From an uncultured bacterium (GTDB lineage: Bacteria; Omnitrophota; Omnitrophia; Omnitrophales; Aquincolibacteriaceae), in assembly GCA_964482725.1 (NCBI GenBank), contig CAYZYT010000001.1, forward strand, positions 186,061 to 250,060: a stretch of 64,000 nucleotides of DNA. Reading direction: 5' to 3'. Under the pieces are notes generated by a model, which was not told the origin of the DNA, made no database searches, and saw nothing but the letters and a program-made list of their open reading frames with translations. A program made the position numbers and the translations under genes. Shown in pieces: positions 1 to 6,715 of this stretch (within the stretch, counting starts at the first letter, position 1; each line of letters begins with the position of its first letter).

Positions 1-403
1 ACGGATCCGCTTTTTTTGATTCGACAGGAACTTTCGCCGGAGCAATCGAAGGAGGATCCGGTTTTCTCGATTCGACAGAGGTTTGCCATTTGACAGTCGA
101 AGACAGGACTGGTTTTTTCGATTCGGCAGGAGGTTGCGCTTGGGCCGCCGAAACCGGGTCAGTTTTTTTTGATTCGCCAGAAGTTTGCGGCTGGACCGCC
201 GAAGACGGGTAAGGAATATTTTTAACGAGAATATTTCTCGCAGAGGCTTCAAAACTCGGAGGATTTTTTTCGGACGAAAAACTCGATAAGACCCCGGTGC
301 TCTGCGTTGTCTTTGTGGGTTCGTTGCTTGCCGCGTCTTCGGATTGCGCCCAAGCAGCATTCGCCATCAATAATATCCCGATAAGGATCCAGGGCTTTTT
401 CAT
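1..403 (-). CDS. Secreted protein with ~17-aa tandem repeats (truncated at window edge)
   Basis: Not in ORF track. Hand-translated from ATG at 403 with GGAG RBS: MKKPWILIGILLMANAAWA|QSED... (signal peptide). Open to position 1, with at least 4 repeats of the type P-x-S...ES(K/R)K-x-D. Confidence 0.8.
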   Translation of the reverse strand, partial: MKKPWILIGILLMANAAWAQSEDAASNEPTKTTQSTGVLSSFSSEKNPPSFEASARNILVKNIPYPSSAVQPQTSGESKKTDPVSAAQAQPPAESKKPVLSSTVKWQTSVESRKPDPPSIAPAKVPVESKKADP

Positions 404-496
404 TAATTTTCTCCGCGCAATACTTAAAAATCTCTTAAATTCACGGCTAATCATCCAAGGAAGAGGCTGAGAGCCTACGACCTTCGGGCAATCCGC

Positions 497-679
497 TTAG
501 AACGAATAAGAATTGGGTCTCGCTCCATCCTGGCCGTCGTTCCCTGTCTGCCCTTGAGCCGGAGCTGACCTCGCCTCATAGGCGGTTATGTCATGGAAAC
601 CGGATGTTTCAGCTTCAGAATCCGTCGTGCATCCCGAAAAAACAACGGCAATCATTATGAGGAATAATATTTCCTTCAT
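497..679 (-). CDS. Small putative lipoprotein
   Basis: MKEILFLIMIAVVFSG|C lipobox. Start moved to the internal ATG of the 497..745 ORF. Confidence 0.55.
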   Translation of the reverse strand: MKEILFLIMIAVVFSGCTTDSEAETSGFHDITAYEARSAPAQGQTGNDGQDGARPNSYSF

Positions 680-752
680 CGGGGTAACCCACTTCGTCCT
701 TTGAATAGGCTGGATCATGTCGCTTGATAATGGGAATCCGGTCATAGCTTTC

Positions 753-1175
753 TCACAGCTTTAACTTTCCATCTTTGCCATACACCTTAAACGTTCCCTC
801 TTGTTTTCCGTCCTTATAAAACGAATGACTCCTTAGCTGTCCATCTCCATAATAGGTCTTAAAGACCCCTTCTAGTTTTCCATCCCTGTAAGACTCCTCT
901 AAAACTAATTGCCCGTTTTCATGATAGGTCTTAAACGGTCCCTCTCGCTTCCCGCTCTTGAAGGCCCCCTCTTTTCTTAACTGCCCACTGTCGTAATACA
1001 CCTTAAACGCTCCCTCGAGCTTTCCGTCTCTGAAGGACTTCTCTGATTTCAGCTTTCCGTTTGCGTAATACTCTCTGAGAAGCTCCTCTCCCCACACGAT
1101 AGGACTCCCTATCAACCCTGAGAAAAGCGCAACTCCGATGAGACCGCGCATAAAAACACCCGCTTTAATATTCAT
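753..1175 (-). CDS. MORN-variant repeat (YwqK-like) exported protein
   Basis: Signal peptide followed by repeated Y-x-x-G-x-L...F/Y-x-D-G-K-x-E-G-x-F-K-x-Y units. Confidence 0.85.
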   Translation of the reverse strand: MNIKAGVFMRGLIGVALFSGLIGSPIVWGEELLREYYANGKLKSEKSFRDGKLEGAFKVYYDSGQLRKEGAFKSGKREGPFKTYHENGQLVLEESYRDGKLEGVFKTYYGDGQLRSHSFYKDGKQEGTFKVYGKDGKLKL

Positions 1176-1443
1176 TTCCGTAGCCCCTCTTCAAAAATAC
1201 CTCGTTAAAATTGAATCGTGATAATTATACCCTTGCTTGAAGGAATTTGGCTAGGCGACTCTTTGCGCAGGCAACCCTTGAGCCTCTTCAAATAAAAACT
1301 CGAAAGTGCCCACAAGGGTATGGGACGAATCAAAAAACAAAAGAGCCACCAGCATCAACTGCGAGTGGCTCTCCGTATGACAAGGGGTACAGACATCGGA
1401 CGGGGCACTCCAAAAGCCCCACCGATGCAGTACCCATTCACAC

Positions 1444-1478
1444 AAAAAAAGCCCTCTCCATTTCTGAAGAAGGCTTTT
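1444..1478 (-). terminator. Rho-independent terminator after the duplicated tRNA 3' end
   Basis: AAAAGCC...GGCTTTTTTT stem followed by a U-run on the minus strand. Confidence 0.55.
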
Positions 1479-1486
1479 CGTGAATG

Positions 1487-1503
1487 GGTAGCGGGGGCAG
1501 GAT
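1487..1503 (-). repeat. 17-bp direct repeat of the tRNA-fMet 3' end (att-like)
   Basis: ggtagcgggggcaggat is identical to 1729-1745. Confidence 0.85.
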
Positions 1504-1685
1504 CGTGAGCGTAGACGGCTATCCTTATGTCGTCACGCGATCGCACTTGTGCATGGGCACAAGTGTTGAACCGAGCAGGATTTGGCGCCTTCCGCTTCGC
1601 TGCAGGTCGGCTACCCGCCCTATAAAAGCAACATCAGTTGCTTTTTTGTACAGGGCTCCCTTCAAATCCTGCCTCGCCCATGCAC

Positions 1686-1722
1686 AAAAAACCCGCCAAG
1701 GAATAAATCCCTGGCGGGTTTC
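1686..1722 (-). terminator. Terminator of tRNA-fMet
   Basis: AAACCCGCCAGGGA-TTTAT-TCCTTGGCGGGTTTTTT. Confidence 0.8.
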
Positions 1723-1727
1723 TTAAT

Positions 1728-1804
<77 letters not shown>

Positions 1805-2090
1805 ACGGTAATTCTAAAACTTGTCCGCGGGGCTAGCTTTGCTTCGCAGAATTGCCCCGCGACGACGAACATAAGACGGTACTGATTGCGGTATTGTATC
1901 AGCATTTCTTCAGGAATCAATCTTTCCCTTTTTTGTCCTTAAAACATACGCTCCCACCCCGGGCAGGAGGACTTCCCGACCATGGTATTTTTAATCTTGA
2001 GTTTTGGCCCGATTAGCCTAGAATCTTGGCTCTTTGTTGAGAATTTGATCCGAATCACACGTTATCATTTCACATTTAAAGGAGCCCCCC

Positions 2091-3044
2091 ATGTACCGAG
2101 AACAGATCAAAGTATTGGATTGCACGATCCGCGACGGCGGCCTGATGAATAACCATGATTTCGACGACCGCTTCGTCCGCGCCATTTACAAGGCGGTTTC
2201 TGAGGCCGGCATCGACTATATGGAGATCGGCTACAAGAACTCCAGGAAGCTTTTCCCGGGGGAAAAATACGGCGCCTGGAAATTCTGCTCTGACGAGGAT
2301 ATCCGGAAGGTCACGGAAGGGATCCCCTCCAAGACCAAGATCTCGGTCATGGTGGACGTGGACCGCGTGGATCTTGACGATATCAAGCCCAAAAAGGAAA
2401 GCCCCGTGACGATGATCCGCACGGCGTGCTATGTCAAAGACGTGGATAAAGCGATCTACCTCGCCAACCACTTCGCGGACAAAGGTTACGAGACCGCGGT
2501 AAACCTCATGGCGATCTCCAAAGTGCTCGAGGTGGAACTGACCGAATGTCTCCAGCAGCTTGAAAAGGAATGCAAATGCAACGTGGTGTATCTGGTCGAC
2601 TCGAACGGCTCGCTTTATCAGGAAACCGTGGAATACCTGATCAAGAAAGCCAAGAGCATCATCAAGACCAAGGAAGTCGGGATCCACGCGCATAACAATC
2701 AGCAGCTGGCCTTCGGCAACACGATCGAAGCCATCATCCATAACGCGAACTATCTGGACAGCACGATCTTCGGTATGGGACGCGCGGCCGGAAATTGCCC
2801 GACGGAACTGCTGCTGGGATTCCTGAAGAATCCCAAATTCGATATCCGTCCGATCCTGGACGTGATCTCCAAGGAAATGATCCCCCTGAGTAAAAAAGTC
2901 GAGTGGGGCTACGTGATCCCGTACGCCATCACCGGGATCCTGGATGAGCATCCCAAGTCCGCCCTGGAACTCCGCGAAAGCGACAAGAAAGATAATTACC
3001 GCGAATTTTATGACAGTTTCGCGGGGAGTTCCGAGGTCGAATAA
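2091..3044 (+). CDS. HMGL-like (DRE-TIM) aldolase-family protein
   Basis: DCTIRDGG, GIHAHNN and GMGRAAGNCPTE motifs; AAGGAG RBS. Confidence 0.85.
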   Translation: MYREQIKVLDCTIRDGGLMNNHDFDDRFVRAIYKAVSEAGIDYMEIGYKNSRKLFPGEKYGAWKFCSDEDIRKVTEGIPSKTKISVMVDVDRVDLDDIKPKKESPVTMIRTACYVKDVDKAIYLANHFADKGYETAVNLMAISKVLEVELTECLQQLEKECKCNVVYLVDSNGSLYQETVEYLIKKAKSIIKTKEVGIHAHNNQQLAFGNTIEAIIHNANYLDSTIFGMGRAAGNCPTELLLGFLKNPKFDIRPILDVISKEMIPLSKKVEWGYVIPYAITGILDEHPKSALELRESDKKDNYREFYDSFAGSSEVE

Positions 3045-3046
3045 AC

Positions 3047-3685
3047 GTGGAACTTCAGAGATTTCGCAAAACTCCCCTGCTCGGGATCTTGCGCGGGATC
3101 ACACCTGCGGAATTAACGCCTCTGTTTGAGACGATCGCCGCTAGCGGCCTCCAGGCTGTTGAGATCACGATGAACACCGAAGGCGCCGCCGGACTCATTC
3201 AAAAGGCGGTCAAGCAGTACGGCAAGAAGCTCATGATCGGAGCGGGAACTGTCCTGACCCTGAAGGATCTCAAGAGCGCACTTCATGCCGGCGCAACTTT
3301 TATCGTCAGCCCCGTCGTCGTCCCGTCCGTGATCAGCTACTGCGCTAAGCACAAGATCCCTGTTTTCCCGGGCGCGCTGGTCCCTCAGGATATTTATGAA
3401 GCGTGGCAAGCGGGGGCAACGATGGTCAAGGTCTTCCCTGCCGGATGTTTCGGACCCGATTATTTTAAGGAGATCAAGGGCCCGTTCCCCCAGATCGAAC
3501 TCCTGGCGTGCGGCGGAGTCACACCCGCAAACACGAAGGCTTATTTCCGGAATGGCGCCGGAGCGATCGCCGTAGGTTCCAGCATCTTCCGAAAGGAATG
3601 GATCGCCACCAAAAAATTTCATCTCATCCGCAACATGATCCAAACCTATCTCAAAGCACTACCCTCAAAAAGCTCGTCATCCTGA
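3047..3685 (+). CDS. eda: KDPG/KHG aldolase
   Basis: GILRG, EIT, IGAGTV, FIVSP, VKVFPA and GGV motifs. Confidence 0.9.
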   Translation: MELQRFRKTPLLGILRGITPAELTPLFETIAASGLQAVEITMNTEGAAGLIQKAVKQYGKKLMIGAGTVLTLKDLKSALHAGATFIVSPVVVPSVISYCAKHKIPVFPGALVPQDIYEAWQAGATMVKVFPAGCFGPDYFKEIKGPFPQIELLACGGVTPANTKAYFRNGAGAIAVGSSIFRKEWIATKKFHLIRNMIQTYLKALPSKSSSS

Positions 3686-3743
3686 GCACAGCGAAGGATC
3701 TCGAGCGAGATTCTTCTCCCGCCGTTGGCGGGATCAGAATGAC
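3676..3743. repeat. GTCAT...ATGAC REP-like element, copy 1
   Basis: gtcatcctgagcacagcgaaggatct...agattcttc...tcagaatgac. Contains the eda stop and a nested cccgcc-gtt-ggcggg palindrome. Confidence 0.8.
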
Positions 3744-3771
3744 GGGTATTTAAAAACCTTCGTTCGCTTCT

Positions 3772-5787
3772 TCAGCATTTCTTTCGTTTCGGTCGTGCGG
3801 CTTTTTTGAGGATGCTTTCTTTGGGATGTTCCCCTTCGATCCGGCGGATCTCGTCGCGATAACGGGCCGCCTTGTCGAACTCGAGAGCCCGGGCGCAAGC
3901 TTCCATGCGTGTTTTAAGGAACGCGAGGTAGTTCTTGGATTCGTATTCTTTCCCGGATTCATGGACCACGTCATGGACGAATTCCTCGGCTTTTTTCCAT
4001 TTTTCGATCCCGTCCTTGATCTCTTTTTGGATCGAGACCGGCGTGATATGGTGCGCGGTATTGTAATCCCCCTGGATCTTGCGGCGGCGCAAGGTCTCGT
4101 CGATCGCGCGTTTCATGGAATCCGTCACTTTATCGCCATACATGATGACCTTGCCGTTGATGTGCCGAGCCGCCCGGCCCGCGATCTGGATAAGCGAGAC
4201 GTCGCTCCGGAGAAAACCTTCCTTGTCCGCATCGAGCACGATCACCAGGGACACCTCCGGCAGATCCAGGCCTTCACGCAGGAGATTTACGCCGATCACA
4301 CAGTCGTATTTTTTGAGACGGAAATCGCGGAGGATCTCGACACGCTCGAACGCATCAAATTCGGAATGGATGTAATGGACCTTGATCCCGAGCTCCTTGA
4401 GATAGCGGCTCAGATCCTCGGCCATTTTCTTGGTAAGCGTCGTCACGATCGTCCGCTCGGATTTTTCCGCACGCGCCCGGACCTCGGCGATCAGATCATC
4501 GATCTGCCCTTCACTGGGGCGCACTTCGATCTCGGGATCCATGAGCCCCGTCGGGCGAATGACCTGCTCCGCCACGTCTTTCACGCGGCCCGTCTCGTAA
4601 GGCCCCGGCGTTGCAGAAACATAAAGACATTGGTTCAGTTTGGCTTCAAATTCCGGGAATCGAAGAGGCCGGTTATCCAGCGCGGACGGCAGCCGGAACC
4701 CATGATCGACCAGCACTTTCTTGCGCGAGGCGTCGCCGTTGAACATGCCGCGGATCTGCGGCACGCTTTGATGCGACTCGTCAATGATCACCAGAAAATC
4801 CTTGGGAAAATAGTCGATCAGCGTGTAAGGCGTAGAACCCGCAGCCCGGCCCGACAAATGGCGCGAATAATTCTCCACTCCGGAGCAATAGCCGACTTCT
4901 TTGAGCATCTCCAGATCATAGTAGGTGCGCGATTCCAGGCGCTTGGCCTCAAGATCCTGGCCCGCTTCGGTGAGCTTCTTGACATGCTCTTTCATTTCCG
5001 CTTCGATCGACACGATCGCGGCTTCGAGCCGCTCGCCCGGCGTCACAAAATGTTTGGCGGGATAGATCGCGAGCTTCTCGATCTCCCGGATCGCCGAAAG
5101 CTTCACGGGATCGAGAAGCGTGATCCGTTCAATGGATTCGGCTCCAAAATCTATTCGATACGGGTTCTGTCCATAAGAGGGTAAAAGGTCGATCCTGCCA
5201 CCCCTCACGCGAAACGTCCCGCGCCGAAGTTCCGTCTCCACTCTTTCATATTGAAGACTGATCAGACTTGAAAGGAATTTGTCCCGGTCCGCGATCTCGC
5301 CTTTCGTGATCGTGATGAGAAGTCCCTGCCAGTCCTCCGGGGCTCCGAGACCGTAGATACAGGAAACACTCGAGACGATGATGCAGTCTTTGCGCGAGAG
5401 GATGGAGCTGGTCGCGGAAAGGCGCAGGCGGTCGAGATCTTCATTGATCGATGCGTCTTTTTCAATGTAGGTGTCCGTGTGCGGGATATACGCTTCGGGC
5501 TGATAATAATCGTAATAGGACACGAAATATTCGACGGCATTTTCCGGGAAGAATTCCTTGAGCTCGGAATAAAGCTGTGCCGCGAGGGTTTTATTGTGCG
5601 AGATAAGAAGCGTGGGCTTGCCAAGTTGGGCGATCACATGCGCCATCGTGAACGTCTTGCCGGAACCGGTGACGCCTTTGAGGACCTGTTCTTTTTTCCC
5701 CGCCCGGAATCCTTCCACCAGCTGCCGGATCGCCTCGGGTTGATCGCCGCAGGGTTTCATAGAGGAAGTTAATTTAAAATCGCTCAT
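3772..5787 (-). CDS. uvrB: Excinuclease ABC subunit B
   Basis: GVTGSGKTFT, YYDYYQPEAY, DESH and LREGLDLPEV motifs. Confidence 0.98.
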   Translation of the reverse strand: MSDFKLTSSMKPCGDQPEAIRQLVEGFRAGKKEQVLKGVTGSGKTFTMAHVIAQLGKPTLLISHNKTLAAQLYSELKEFFPENAVEYFVSYYDYYQPEAYIPHTDTYIEKDASINEDLDRLRLSATSSILSRKDCIIVSSVSCIYGLGAPEDWQGLLITITKGEIADRDKFLSSLISLQYERVETELRRGTFRVRGGRIDLLPSYGQNPYRIDFGAESIERITLLDPVKLSAIREIEKLAIYPAKHFVTPGERLEAAIVSIEAEMKEHVKKLTEAGQDLEAKRLESRTYYDLEMLKEVGYCSGVENYSRHLSGRAAGSTPYTLIDYFPKDFLVIIDESHQSVPQIRGMFNGDASRKKVLVDHGFRLPSALDNRPLRFPEFEAKLNQCLYVSATPGPYETGRVKDVAEQVIRPTGLMDPEIEVRPSEGQIDDLIAEVRARAEKSERTIVTTLTKKMAEDLSRYLKELGIKVHYIHSEFDAFERVEILRDFRLKKYDCVIGVNLLREGLDLPEVSLVIVLDADKEGFLRSDVSLIQIAGRAARHINGKVIMYGDKVTDSMKRAIDETLRRRKIQGDYNTAHHITPVSIQKEIKDGIEKWKKAEEFVHDVVHESGKEYESKNYLAFLKTRMEACARALEFDKAARYRDEIRRIEGEHPKESILKKAARPKRKKC

Positions 5788-5797
5788 AAAACCTCTG

Positions 5798-5874
5798 GCC
5801 ACACGTCACAGGCCACATGCCACACGATGGTTTTTCGTGTGTCCTTGTAGCTTTGTGACATTCCTGTGACCTGT
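5798..5874. repeat. Tandem 7/8-mer inverted-arm element (GCCACAN x4 / TGTGNCYT-like x4)
   Basis: Fills the nadC-uvrB junction. Confidence 0.75.
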
Positions 5875-6693
5875 TCAATCGATCAAAAGAGAGAAATCGA
5901 CGGCTTTGACGGAATGGGTGAGAGACCCGACGGAGATAGTGTCCACCCCGGCGGCAGCGAACTTGCGGACATTCTCGAAGGTAATACCGCCCGAGGCTTC
6001 GAGGTTGACCCCGGGAGCTTCCTTGCGTACGATCTCCACCGCCCGCTTGGCTTCTTTAGGCGAAAAATTGTCGAGGAGAATAACCTTGGGACGCAACCCG
6101 ATCGCTTCCCAAAGCTCGCCGAGACTTCGCACTTCAATCTCGAAAGCGCCGGGATGGCGCCGGAGTTTTTTGAGGTCCCCGTGGATCCGGTGGTTCTCTT
6201 TGATAAAGATAAACTCATCAAGCCCCTGCCGGTGGTTCCGGCCGCCCCCCACCTGCACGGCCACCTTTTCCAGCTCACGCCAGATCGGGGTGGTCTTGCG
6301 GGTGTCCAGAATAAACGCCGGATATTTTTTGACACGGTTCACGAATTGACGCGTCTTGGTCGCGATCCCTGAAAGATGCCCGATAAAATTCACCATCGTC
6401 CGCTCGGTCTTGAGGATCGAGCGGATATTTCCTCGCATTTTAAAAACGATCTTCCCCGGTCGGAGCTTACCGCCGTTATGCACCCGGAATTCGAGCTTCA
6501 CTTGGGGGTCGACGATCTTAAAGATCTCCCGGACGAGACGCTCCCCGCAGAAAATGCCGTGTGCCTTGGCGATCACGCGGGCCGTTCCCCGAGCATGCGG
6601 GGGGATCAGCAAATTGGAAGTAACGTCTCCCTGCCCGATGTCCTCATGAAGCGCCTCCTTGAGAAAGCCAAGCGTCCGGCGCGACACCGGCAA
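5875..6693 (-). CDS. nadC: Quinolinate phosphoribosyltransferase
   Basis: EDIGxGDVT, DTRKTTP, HR, IKENH, LLDNF and EASGGI motifs. Start uncertain (TTG 6693 or GTG 6687). Confidence 0.93.
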   Translation of the reverse strand: MPVSRRTLGFLKEALHEDIGQGDVTSNLLIPPHARGTARVIAKAHGIFCGERLVREIFKIVDPQVKLEFRVHNGGKLRPGKIVFKMRGNIRSILKTERTMVNFIGHLSGIATKTRQFVNRVKKYPAFILDTRKTTPIWRELEKVAVQVGGGRNHRQGLDEFIFIKENHRIHGDLKKLRRHPGAFEIEVRSLGELWEAIGLRPKVILLDNFSPKEAKRAVEIVRKEAPGVNLEASGGITFENVRKFAAAGVDTISVGSLTHSVKAVDFSLLID

Positions 6694-6715
6694 CGGATGG
6701 CCCGGGAAACCGCCT

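Noticed and set aside
1-210. Possible CRISPR array
   Set aside because: The units are degenerate throughout, have a 51-bp (17-codon) period and lie in an open frame. No cas genes are present.
450-500. SAM-I riboswitch-like string (atccaaggaagaggctgagagcc...gggcaatcc)
   Set aside because: It is antisense to the flanking genes, lacks the GGTGC P3 strand and a P1 partner, and no methionine gene is nearby.
753-1175. Toxin-antitoxin system (YwqK label)
   Set aside because: It is a generic MORN-variant repeat protein with a signal peptide, and no toxin is adjacent.
1247-1445. Small ORFs or an ncRNA in the hairpin-rich region next to the att-like repeat
   Set aside because: Hairpins are present (1343-1371, 1386-1434), but I recognise no RNA family, RBS or protein motif.
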